DNA of 39,155 nucleotides, from the NCBI RefSeq assembly GCF_001194135.2, contig NC_068989.1:15347259-15386413 (forward strand). Reading direction: 5' to 3'. Shown piece after piece: positions 23,469 through 33,995 of this stretch. The DNA comes from Octopus bimaculoides. Taxonomy: Eukaryota. A program made the position numbers and the translations under genes. Under the pieces are notes generated by a model. It was not told where the DNA came from. It searched no databases and saw only the letters and a program-made list of their open reading frames with translations. Each line of letters opens with the position of its first letter. The stretch's first letter is position 1.

Positions 23469-23760
23469 AGGTACAGTGTATATTTAAATGCATAAGAGGA
23501 ATCCACTCATGGGACTCCTTACGCTAGAAAGAACTGCTAGGTTCTAGAACCACAAAATTAGGGACAAAATTCCGAAAAGGAACGAAATGAAAAATAAAAA
23601 ATAAAAAATAGGAAAGATATGGTAAAAGTTTTTATTTTTCATTTCGTTCCTTTTCGGGATTTTATCCCTAATTTTGTGGTTCTAGAATCTAGCAGTTGTT
23701 TCTAGCGTAAGGAATCCCATGAGTGGATTCCTCTTCTGTATTTAAATATACACTGTACCT
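23469..23760. mobile_element. Foldback MITE, 292 bp, with about 125-bp inverted arms
   Basis: AGGTACAGTGTATATTTAAAT...GAGGAATCCACTCATGGGA.TCCTTACGCTAGAAA...TTCTAGAACCACAAAATTAGGGA...CCGAAAAGGAACGAAATGAAAAATAAAAA is mirrored and ends ...TTTAAATATACACTGTACCT. Confidence 0.9.
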
Positions 23761-23959
23761 CACACACATATATATATATGAAGGAATCTCCCGTCGTTAG
23801 ACGACGTATGAGGCCTCGACAATTTCATACAGAACAACAACACAGATGATTTGTTTATAGTGATCAAATATTTGTGTACACATAAGCGCCCTCCCTCCAT
23901 CAAATGGACATTACCGGTACAGGTGCAACGGGTGCCACATGTCAGATATCGAAATGATC

Positions 23960-24080
23960 ACAGAGCAACGTGAATTGAAGTGCTTTGCTCAAGAACACAA
24001 CGCAACGCCCGGTCTGGGAATCGAACTCACGATCTCATAATCGTGAGTGCAACACCTTAATCATTAAAATATGCGCTTTC
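23960..24080 (-). mobile_element. tRNA-derived SINE head fragment
   Basis: GTGCTTTGCTCAAGAACACAACGCAACGCCCGGTCTGGGAATCGAACTCACGATCTC, a B-box on the minus strand like the family B head. Confidence 0.65.
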
Positions 24081-24299
24081 ATATATATGCACCCCCCCAC
24101 AAAACAGGATCATACACAAAATGTAAACATATATAGATATTTAAGTTGTTAAACACACACGCACACACACGCACGCACACGCACACACACACACGCACAC
24201 ACACACACAGACATGTATAGCTGAAAGAGAGATAGATTGACAGATAGATAGAAAGATATATATATATATATATATATAGATAAGCTGTGGTTTACTTAC

Positions 24300-24726
24300 C
24301 GTCTGATACTTCAAATTCATGGACGTATTCAGGACATTCGTTGAAGACCCTTGTTTTTTCCGGTGTTCTTTTCCAGCAGCTGAAACCATCCCAAGTCGGT
24401 GGACATGTTGGCCTATCATCTTGTGAAATGTTTACATCTTTTTGTTGTTCTTCACAACACTGTAAAGCTCCTTTACAGCACGATTTCCATCGACCACACT
24501 GCTCTTCGTTGTCGAAAGCGGAGCAGAACCGTGCTATTACAGTTTCATTTTCAATGTCCGGCTCCGCAGTATAATTGTCTTTTATGATGGTCATTTTATT
24601 TTCAAACTCTCTTTCGAGAATATTCAATCGCGGGAATATAAAGATATAACACATGGAACAAGTTATCAGTTTGAACACGCCACGAGAATGGAAACCACTT
24701 CGGTCTCTACAAATCACCGGCGACAT
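24300..24726 (-). CDS. Coding exon of a class B1 (secretin-family) GPCR, calcitonin/DH31/PDF/PTH-receptor-like; N-terminal extracellular hormone-binding domain (partial gene)
   Basis: ORF MSPVICR...CCEEQQKDVNISQDDRPTCPPTWDGFSCWKRTPEKTRVFNECPEYVHEFEVSD contains the hallmark C-P-x-x-W-D-G-x-x-C-W-x-x-T-P...C-P-x-Y ECD motif. It has three N-glycosylation sequons (NYT, NET, NIS) and ends at GAC G|GTAAGT (donor GT at 24299-24298, phase 1). An in-frame TAA lies 21 codons upstream of the ATG at 24726. The subfamily cannot be fixed from this exon. Confidence 0.9.
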
Positions 24727-25269
24727 TGGTATAATTGTGTTCTTCCGTTTTAATTTGTCCTGTTTTATATTTGATCTTCTTTTAACTTATTTTTTTCTCT
24801 TGTGACACAAACACGCATACAAAAAATGGCGGCAGTGGTAACAACAATAACAACAGCAACAGCAATACAACAATAAAAAGCAATAAGCAAGAACGGTAGT
24901 CACAAAAACGAATAGCAAAAATGATAAAGAAAATATCAACACAAACAGCAAAAAGCAGAGACAGCAAATGCAACGGAAAAAGTAGCGACAAACACAATAG
25001 CAACAAAAATAATAGTATTAGCAACGTCAGTGGTACAAGCACTAACGTTAACAATAGGAACAGGAGCAGCAAATGATAAGAACAGCAACTACGAGAACAG
25101 TAACAATTACAACAGCAATAACTAAAATGGCAGCCACAACTGCAATATCAACACTAGCAGAGACCTCACCTGCACAAACCTTCACGGCCAGCGACGCAAA
25201 CAGATTACACTAACAACAAAACTGATTCACACTCTACCAACACCATCACCACCACCACTACCGTAAAGC

Positions 25270-25319
25270 AGAAGAAGAAGAAGAAGAAGAAGAAGAAGAA
25301 GAAGAAGAAGAACAACAAC

Positions 25320-25345
<26 letters not shown>
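25270..25345. repeat. (AAG)n-(AAC)n compound microsatellite
   Basis: Direct read. Confidence 0.95.
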
Positions 25346-25350
<5 letters not shown>

Positions 25351-25974
25351 GTAATAACAGTAGGAACAAAAACAAATGCAACAATATATTCAATTAACTA
25401 TATAAAGCCTTGAAGTTCTTCAATACGTGATGATGTTTAAAGTTANNNNNNNNNNNNNNNNNNNNNNNNNNNNNNNNNNNNNNNNNNNNNNNNNNNNNNN
25501 NNNNNNNNNNNNNNNNNNNNNNNNNNNNNNNNNNNNNNNNNNNNNNNNNNNNNNNNNNNNNNNNNNNNNNNNNNNNNNNNNNNNNNNNNNNNNNNNNNNN
25601 NNNNNNNNNNNNNNNNNNNNNNNNNNNNNNNNNNNNNNNNNNNNNNNNNNNNNNNNNNNNNNNNNNNNNNNNNNNNNNNNNNNNNNNNNNNNNNNNNNNN
25701 NNNNNNNNNNNNNNNNNNNNNNNNNNNNNNNNNNNNNNNNNNNNNNNNNNNNNNNNNNNNNNNNNNNNNNNNNNNNNNNNNNNNNNNNNNNNNNNNNNNN
25801 NNNNNNNNNNNNNNNNNNNNNNNNNNNNNNNNNNNNNNNNNNNNNNNNNNNNNNNTATATATATATATTGTAAAACACGCATTCACACGCACACAGATAC
25901 CTATATAAGAAGTCAATATTGAAAATATAGAAGACAAAATAAATGAATTTTAATAATTATCCAGATTATTATTA

Positions 25975-26027
<53 letters not shown>

Positions 26028-26409
26028 TCGTAAATAATGTAAATATATGACAATAAACAGTTTGGTCTTAAAAAATGTGTAATTTTTTGTTTTTGTATTA
26101 TTTTCATTCAGAAGGTATGTATCAGTTTGTGTATGTATGCGAGTGTGTGTGTGTGTGTGTGTATGTGCGTGCGTGTGCGTGTATGTGCATGAGTGTTAAT
26201 ATATACATTCACATACATGTACGCATACATACATACATGTACGCATACATACATACATGTACGCATACATACATACACACATATATATCCTTTAATAGAG
26301 ACGATTACAAAAGGGTGACGAATAGTTTCATGCTTTTGAGATACATTAAGTTGGTAGGTTTATGTAACATGCTCTAACAACAACAACAACAACAACACTA
26401 ATGATGTTC

Positions 26410-26945
26410 TCAAATTTTGCCACACGTGACAGCCGGACAATGAACAAGTGTGTCCAGAACGGTTTCGTTGCTCTGCGCACACATACGATAAGTCCGTCTG
26501 ACAGCATCTATAAGTTTATCTCGAACCGGTAGTGCCCCCCGATGGCACTGCTCAAACATAAACATCTGGAGATTATCCACGGTAGTCACTGAGAGGAAAG
26601 CCCTCTGGAACTGACTGGCTAGTTCGGTTCCGTCAACGTCCAGAATCTCTCCGAGAACGTCGTCGTACTCGCTCGCCACTAAAACTTCAATATATTCCCA
26701 AAGTGGGACATCCACCAATCTCACTGCCTGACTAGTGGATGGCTGTGAGCGCCTGACGATACTCCGGATGCCAAGCGTCAAATCTCGGTCTTTCTTTTCA
26801 ATCAGGACTGCAACTCCGTCAAGGAGACGAGTTAAGGAAAGACGTACCTCTCAAACGGATCCCATACACGCTCACCGTCAAAAAATCGTTGTAGGTGGCG
26901 CAACTTGAGCGCGCGTCTGCGCACCAGAAGCCAAGGCATGCCTAA
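26410..26945 (-). mobile_element. L1/Tx1-clade LINE ORF2 3' fragment (post-RT region plus CCHC zinc finger)
   Basis: Patched minus frames read PWLLVRRRALKLRHLQRFF...NLQMFMFEQCHRGALPVRDKL...RMCAQSNETVLDTLVHCP, matching the L-P-x-R-x-x-L...C-x-x-C-x3-E-T-x-x-H-x3-H-C-P zf-RVT pattern. In-frame stops are present and GC is higher than the flanks. Confidence 0.8.
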
Positions 26946-27448
26946 TCGTCACGTAGGTAATTTACTTGCTGGCAATAGCGAAGGAAGTCATGTTGTTGAT
27001 GTAGCTAAAACCTTTGATAGAGCGTTTCATGTCAAAACTCCATCAACTTTTTTCTAGTATCGTTTAAAGGGAAAGTCGACGGTCGAGGAGAAAGTGAAAG
27101 TTGCGTGAAAGTGGTGAAATTAACGTGATTAAATAGGCCTTATACGTCCGTACAAGCAAAAACTGCGAGAAGACATTAACCTTTGATGAGTTAGGGTAAT
27201 GTGGAGTTGTGTGGAGCGCTTCTCGAACCACTTTATATTTGACCCTCATTTTTATTGTTCTTAGTTTTGTTCTCTAGTAATTTTATTTAATACTAATCTA
27301 TTTATAAGCGAATCTTTATTGTTACTGTTGTTCTCACTATTTGATGTAAATTCCCCCACTGTTTCTTGTTTCTCGCATTTTTTCTTAATTTCAATTCTGA
27401 CCCCAAAGTGTTGAGAGCCTTGTGGCCAGTAAAAGAAATCATCTCCAT

Positions 27449-27490
<42 letters not shown>

Positions 27491-27622
27491 TACCATCATC
27501 ATTGTTGTTGTTATTGCTGCTGCATATCAGTTGCATGTGCGTCAGTTGTATAGGTGCACGCGCGTGTGTGTATGTTCGTGCCTGCTGTATACTCGTGGTC
27601 CGCGTACGTATTCAGGCTGTAA

Positions 27623-27698
27623 TGTATGGGCGTGTATTCTTCGTATGGGCGTGTATTCTTCGTATGGGCGTGTATTCGTATGGGCGTGTATTCGTATG
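27623..27698. repeat. Minisatellite, 16-19 bp unit CGTATGGGCGTGTATT(CTT), about 4.3 copies
   Basis: Direct read of 27623-27698. Confidence 0.9.
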
Positions 27699-28221
27699 TG
27701 AGTGTATATAAGTATGAATGAGAGCGTGCTTGTCTGGTATACACAGCTGATACATGAACCGACATATTCGCGCATGCGATTACACATACATGGCTGACAC
27801 GCACTCGTACCCATACGTACACACACACTAGCAAATACGCACATGCACACCACACCCCAGCTTACACACACGCGTACCGCCATCGCCACGCATAGAAGAT
27901 ACACACGCATTGACGTCAGACACCCACATTTACGCATTCATACGTTTACCACACACACACATACATCCTCGCCCACAAGTCCTTTCTTTCTAAGACCGGT
28001 CTGACAGCAAGCCGCCACCACACGATCCAAGAAATTCTCCTTTTTAATGCATCTGGTGTCGCTGGAATGTCGATCTCACATTTAACAACACCATGTGACC
28101 CGCCGTAACCAATAGCAACCCGATTTCCGGTTAACTCAGCTCGACGAGCTCAGTTTCTGTGTAAGAAGCTTATGAAACTTTCAGTCACATGGGGCCGAAT
28201 CAAAACTGTTTTAAATGATAA

Positions 28222-29136
28222 TACGAGGTGATAACAAAAGGTTTCCGAACTAGTTATGGTTAATAGAAAATAACTTATTTACCTAAATTTTTGCCTCATC
28301 TCCTTCCAAATAGTCACCTTGTGCGGCAATCAATACTGGCCCCTGCGTTACTGCTACTTTTGGAATCCGGCCGGGAAGTCGTTTTCTGTAAGCGGGTCGA
28401 GAACTTTCTGTGATTCGCTCAGGATCTCGACAACGGCGTTAAAACGGTAATCTTTGAGTTGCCTTTTCATCTTGGGGATGAGATGGAAGCTCGCAGGTGC
28501 TAAATTTGGGAATAAGATGGGCGCAGACGCGACATTATGCTGATTTTGGCGAAAAACTCATAAGTGAGAAGAGCTTGGTGACAGGGTGCATTGTCGTCAT
28601 GAAGAATTCAATTTTTGGCGCTTCATAGATCCGGTCGCCTTTTCCGAGTGTCCTCTTTCAAATGCTTCAAACCGTCGCAGTAGAACTCTCGATTGACAGT
28701 CTGGCTCTGGGGGACGAATTCTCGAGGCATAACACCGCATTTTCGGGGGTGACGTTCGTGGCAGGACTTCACATCGTCCATCATCTTCCAAGGACGCTCT
28801 TCCGTTTTTGAAGCGCCCGAGTCACTCGAAACATTGCGTACAACCCATGGCCTGGTCATTCTAAGTTTGCCGAAGCATGCTCAATGTCTCTGTAGCAGAC
28901 TTCATTTTCATGTTAGCTCTTTGTTCTAACTTCCTGTTCATAACAAAATCACCGACTACAGCATACACGTGATCACAAAAACACAAATTTTACAACTTGT
29001 AAAGTAAACACAGCGATGTCACTCGGCACACTGCCTCATGAAGGTCACTGATAGCTCCCACTGTGCAAAAACCGCGTGCTGCCATCTACTGGCGCGCTAC
29101 AGAACTAGTACAGGAACGTTTTGATACCACTTCGTA
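28222..29136 (-). mobile_element. Internally deleted mariner element (915 bp) with both TIRs
   Basis: Ends read TACGAGGTGATAACAAAAGGTTTCCGAACTAGTT and (reverse complement) TACGAAGTGGTATCAAAACGTTCCTGTACTAGTT. Minus strand encodes ...RFKNGRASLEDDGRC jumping to REFVPQSQTVNREFYC...ILHDDNAPCH...PSYSQI*APASFHLIPKMKRQLK, i.e. HDNAxxH and YSPDLAPxD-like motifs with stops. Confidence 0.9.
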
Positions 29137-29499
29137 TATGAAACTCCTACTAAATGCTTTGAGTGTCTCTTTCTTTCGTTTTTCCACTTACCTGCTTATA
29201 TATATATATGTGTATATATATATTATATTATGCACACACACACACACACACACTCACATATATACACGTGTGAATGTACACACATGCATTTGGCTATGTA
29301 AATCTACTGTCTCCTTACCTTCCCCGACCAATTACTTATCAAGTTTATCCTTTTGTTTAAACTGTAGTTATGTCTCTATGTGTGCACAGTGTTTGTGCTT
29401 TGTGTGTGTTTGTGATGGAGACTGTAAACGTACATGATGTTTTAATGTCCATCCTCTCAGAAACTTTTATAACATTAACCATTCCCCATCTTCCTACCA

Positions 29500-29605
29500 C
29501 TGCTTGTCAATTTCAATGGCTTTGTCGTATTTCTTGTCTCCTCTTCTTCAGCTGCGTCCATCTCACACCAACCCTCACGTCATCCCTCCATCTTACCCCT
29601 CAAAT
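29500..29605 (-). mobile_element. Possible RTE LINE 3' tail remnant
   Basis: Minus frame GVRWRDDVRVGVRWTQLKKRRQE resembles the RTE R-W-x-D-D...G-x-x-W tail; very short. Confidence 0.3.
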
Positions 29606-29721
29606 ATAGCTCAATTAGAGTTTTCTATTGAAAGATATATATACATATGACACACACACACACGTATGTATGTATGTATGTATGTATGTATGTATGTATG
29701 TATGTATGTATGTATGTATGT

Positions 29722-29810
29722 ATTATCGCTCACCTATCTTAGAAAACGATGATATGAAAATACAGTGGAATTTGAGTGAGCATACAAACAGATCGCTAGA
29801 TACTAGATAC
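29722..29810 (+). mobile_element. R4/Dong LINE fragment (pre-endonuclease region)
   Basis: SPILENDDMKIQWNLSEHTNRSLDTR resembles P-x-x-V-x-E-N-D-x-x-K-I-L-W-D-F-x-I-x-T-D. Confidence 0.5.
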
Positions 29811-30752
29811 ACTTAAGCATTCTTCTTCGTGGTAAAATTGACAATAGCATATTGATTACTGGCATAATATTGTAAAAGCAATTGTCTATAATGTTGTGTT
29901 AAAGCAAGCTGTAAAGGTAAAGAATTACACCACCCTCGTTGAAAACATTATGGTAGTTCCGAACTAAAAACATTATAGTAGTTGAGGAACGTGTCTCTCA
30001 TCTCAGATCTAATCAACACATCTGGAGTGATAGACGACCATTACTATAAAGACATGATAAGATTACCTGTAAATATAGGCATTGGTACCCTCATAAAATA
30101 GCAAGACTAAAATCTGTAAACGTTGTCACTGCATTATTACAGCGTAAGACGGTAAACTGGCAGACATTACCGTGTCGGACAAAATACTTAGCGGCACGTC
30201 CTCCAGCTCTTTACATTCTAAGTTCAATTTTCATCGAAGTTGCTATTCATTCTTCTGGTGGGGTCGATAAAATAAACACTGGTTGAAAACTGGGGTTGTT
30301 GTGTTTAATATAAGGAAGAAACAAAATTTTGAAAGCAGGAAGAAAAAGAAATGAAAAAGGTGATGAACAAAGCAAAATAAACAGCAGAAGAGAAGTTCGG
30401 AAAACAAGCAAAAGAAAAAAAGAAAGTCTCTCTAATTGGGGATGAATGGGCTCAAATGGAGTACAAGTTTGTTGGATTAAAAATCTGAAGCTACAACATA
30501 GGAGAATGGTACAAATATTTGACAAAAGTCACAACTCTAGTTTTGTCTCCCCGGTTAACTGAAAGAACAGCAGAACTCATGACTAAAACCGAAACGAAAA
30601 GAAATGATGTAACCAACTGCAGACTCTTCACCTGCCTTTCAATAATGAGGAAAGTAAAGTGATGACCAGTATAATCTCCGAAGAAATTTATCAACGCTAG
30701 AATGCCAAAAGTCTGCTGTAAGAACAGAAAAGTTGCCGAAAATAAAATTGTA

Positions 30753-31161
30753 GGCGCAGGAGTGGCTGTGTGGTAAGTAGCTTGCTTACCAACCACACGG
30801 TTCCGGGTTCAGTCCCACTGCGTGGCACCTTGGACAAGTGTCTTCTACTATAGCCTCGGGCCGACCAAAGCCTTGTGAGTGGATTTGGTAGATGGAAATT
30901 GAAAGAAGCCCGTTGTATATATGTATATATATATATGTGTATATGTTTGTGTGTCTGTGTTTGTCCCCCCAACATCGCTTGACAACCGATGCTGGTGTGC
31001 TTACGTCCCTGTAACTTAGCGGTTCGGCAAAAGAGACCGATTGAATAAGTACTAGGCTTCCAAAGAATAAGTCCTGGGGTCGATTTGCTCGACTAAAGGC
31101 GGTGCTCCAGCATGGCCGCAGTCAAATGACTGAAACAAGTAAAAGAGTAAAAGAGTAAAGA
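30753..31161 (+). mobile_element. SINE family A, full-length reference copy
   Basis: tRNA-like head GGCGCAGGAGTGGCTGTGTGGTAAG...GGTTCCGGGTTCAGTCCCACTG, conserved core GGCACCTTGGACAAGTGTCTTCTACTATAGCC, internal TA/TG tract, and tandem GTAAAAGA tail. At least 7 copies in the window. Confidence 0.93.
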
Positions 31162-31404
31162 GAGGTACAAAAGCCATCTTCTGATAGATAAAATTATTCT
31201 CCGAAATTACAAAAGAAGACGGAAAGATTTATTGATGGCCTGAATTGACCAGCGAAAGTTTTTCGAAATGGTTCCGCTTTCCTGGATCATCAAATGCTTG
31301 GATATATTGAAAATAACTAGTAACATTTGATCCTTCTTTAGGAATAGTACTAACTTCTGGGACTCAAAGAACACGTTAACTGGCGAGAAAGTTGGGTAAT
31401 AATG

Positions 31405-31608
31405 ATTTCAAATTTTGGCACAAGGCCAGTAATTTTGGGGAAGAGGCAAGTCGATTATATCGACTCCAGTGATCAACTGGTACTTATTTTATCGACCCCA
31501 AAAGTGGGAAAAGCTATGTCAGCTCGGCGGAATTTGAACTCAGAAAGTAACGACGTGCCACTAAGCATTTTCTCCAGCGTGTTAGCGATTCTGCTACCTC
31601 GCCACCTT
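31405..31608 (-). mobile_element. SINE family C
   Basis: TTTCAAATTTTGGCACAAGGCCAG...GTCGATTATATCGAC...TCGGCGGAATTTGAACTCAGAA...GCTACCTCGCCACCTT. Confidence 0.85.
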
Positions 31609-32719
31609 AGTTGTGTAAGAAATAACAAAAAAGAAGAATATTTCACGGTGGTAGTAAAATCGCATTTACTATTTGTAACCATCCTTATGCCTATGACCTA
31701 TATCTTAAGAAAGGTTAAAATAGGGAAGGAATAAGGAAAAAGGTGAAAGAAACAACGACTATATATCATTTATGGGTAACCTGAAAATATTCAGTAAGAA
31801 TGAAAAACAACTCGACACTTTAGTGAATAGCGTTCGAGTATTCAGTGAGGACACAAGAATGAATTTAATAGATGCGGTGTCTTTGCCACAAAGAGGGGGG
31901 TAAATTGTCTGGTATTGGAAGAATTGATCTCCTTAAAAGTGAAGATGTTGCAAATTGGCAACTGTGTAATTGAGTACAGGTATTTAGGAGATTTTGAGCT
32001 GACAGCACAAAAAATATGAAGGACAAACTGAAAAATGAATACGTAAGAACCACGAAAATATATAAATCCTGCCTAAACAGAAAAAATGCTATAACAGCCA
32101 TCAACTAGCAAACTGATTTAATCATCCGATACAGTGCAGGCATCACCAACTAGAACATCAAATGACAAAAGGATATTGACAGGTAAAACTAAAGCTGCTG
32201 GCGATACAGCATGTAACGCAAAAGGCTGATATTGATAAACTGTATAGGAAACGCAGTGACTGTGGAAGAGGTTTGCTTAGCAATCAAGACTGTGCAGTTT
32301 GTATGAAGGGATACTGACTGTACATCTATGTGGCAAAAAGTGAAGAAAAAGCAATAAATACCGAAAGGAAATATGGAAAACAGGAAAGAATTGAACAAAT
32401 ATACATGGAATTTTCATCGGGAAAACCGAATATAGAGGCTCCCGGACTGGCTAAGGAGAGAAGATATAAAGTAATTCACAAAAGGTACTATGATGCCACG
32501 CCAAAAGAGCACGAGAAATCAGAAAGAATTTAAATACGAAAGTTATATCGCCCTTATTTCGATTATGCGGCAAGTAAAAAGGTCATTTCGTATGCAAGTG
32601 TAAGAACCTGGCACAGAAACAATGCAAAGGCTGGAGACATAACAACACTGCATCAGTTAAACAACTGGAAATTGTATAAACACACAATTTAGGACACTCA
32701 GAAAAGTGACATGATTATA

Positions 32720-32933
32720 GGTTTCACATTTTGGCACAAGGCCAGCACTTTTAGGGGAGAGGGTAAACCTATTACATCAATTCCAATGATTAACTGGTTC
32801 TTATTTTATAGATCCCCAAAAAATTAAAAGCAAAGTTAACCTCAGCGGAATTTGAACCCAGAACGTAAAGACAGACGAAATGCCGCTAAGCGTTTTACCC
32901 AGCGCGCTAACGACTCTGCCAGCTCGCCGCCTT
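32720..32933 (-). mobile_element. SINE family C
   Basis: TTTCACATTTTGGCACAAGGCCAGC...CAGCGGAATTTGAACCCAGAACGTAAAGACAGACGAAATGCCGCTAAGCG...GCCAGCTCGCCGCCTT. Confidence 0.88.
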
Positions 32934-33409
32934 ATAGTGGTGGTATGAATATGGACCGACGAAAGATGTCGAATATGATCATGTAAAAGTTCAATAGGAC
33001 ATGAATATTCAGAGTCAAGTAACTGGACCATTCAAGATCAGATATTGCTCTGCTTGAGAAAGATACTAGAACTTGCCTGATAATAAATGCAGCCTGGCTA
33101 TTCAAAATCAAATTGAAGGAACAAGAAAGTGAGAAGATAGATACATACCAAGATATAATACAAAGTGGGAATTGAAAAGGCTCTGGAAAGTCAGGGGAGA
33201 AATGGTAATTCCTGCCACAACGGGATTATTAAGTATAGTGTTGGAAAATGGCTTTTTACAATCAGCATAGCAATTAACTTTACGACACTAGGGAAAACAT
33301 CACTTCTCAGTACAGAAAGAAAGAAAAACACCGAATATATCAAGACACAGGTGGTGGCTTGATGTTCAGAGAACAAAAGTGGCAAAATTATCAACACTGC
33401 TGATATGCG

Positions 33410-33560
33410 GCGACGACGAGGACGACGACGAAGACAATGATGACGACGAGGACGACGACGAAGACAATGATGACGACGACGACGACGGCGACGATGATAA
33501 CGACGACAACAATGACGATGATGATGATGATGATGATGATGATAATAATGATAATAATAA

Positions 33561-33591
<31 letters not shown>

Positions 33592-33672
33592 AATAATAAT
33601 CATAATAATAATAATAATAATAATAAAAATAATAATAATAATAAAAATAATAATGATAATAATAAAAATAAA

Positions 33673-33708
<36 letters not shown>

Positions 33709-33761
33709 CATAATAATAATAATAATAATAAAAATAATAATAATAATAAAAATAATAATGA

Positions 33762-33810
<49 letters not shown>
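33410..33810. repeat. Compound trinucleotide array (GAC)n-(GAT)n-(AAT)n
   Basis: Direct read; generates poly-D/N, poly-I and poly-Y ORFs in different frames. Confidence 0.95.
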
Positions 33811-33812
<2 letters not shown>

Positions 33813-33995
33813 GGTTGCGAGCTGGCAGAAACGTTAGCACGCCGGGCGAAATGCTTAGCGGTATTTTGTCTGTCTTTACGTCCCGAGTTCAAGTACCGCC
33901 GAGGTCGACTTTGCCTTTCATCCTTTCGGGGTCGATAAATTAAGTGTCAGTTGCGTACTGGGGTCGATCTAATTGGCTGACCCCCCTCCCTCTTG
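33813..33995 (+). mobile_element. SINE family C, plus-strand reference copy
   Basis: GCGAGCTGGCAGAAACGTTAGCACGCCGGGCGAAATGCTTAGCGG...GAGTTCAAGTACCGCCGAGGTCGACTTTGCCTTTCATCCTTTCGGGGTCGATAAATTAAG; tRNA-like A and B boxes. Confidence 0.9.

Larger units (their letters stand above)
30510..33260 (+). mobile_element. Fossil R4/Dong LINE (RT through RLE), colinear fragments split by three SINEs
   Basis: In order: T.LMTKTE...NCRLFTCL..M..MTSIISEEIYQ...EQKSCRK (30510-30745); RGTKSHLLIDKII...RRRKD.LMA*ID.RKFFEMVP.SWIIKCL (31162-31350); LVNSVRVFSEDT...KRG...YRYLG...MKDKLKNEY...LN.KNAITAIN (31810-32110); DIDKLYRKR..CGRGL (32225-32290); KNLAQKQCK.WRHNN (32600-32690); WYEYGP..VEYDHVKV...DHSRSDIALLEKDTRTCLII...WELKRLWK...VIP (32940-33260). 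Confidence 0.8.

Noticed and set aside
24782-25072. Hydrophobic Leu-rich ORF just upstream of the GPCR exon, tempting as a signal peptide or TM segment
   Set aside because: Derived from degenerate (CAA/CAG)n repeat, and it ends in a stop (TAA near 24782) before the GPCR ATG; no donor site links them.
27623-27698. CRISPR-like array (also the 20-bp x3 repeat at about 26215-26272 and the 34-bp direct repeat at about 34887-34948)
   Set aside because: Units are adjacent with no unique spacers, the context is eukaryotic, and there are no cas genes.
33191-33943. Poly-Y/H/R, poly-D/N and poly-I ORFs; likewise 37993-38461
   Set aside because: Trinucleotide arrays open in several frames on both strands.
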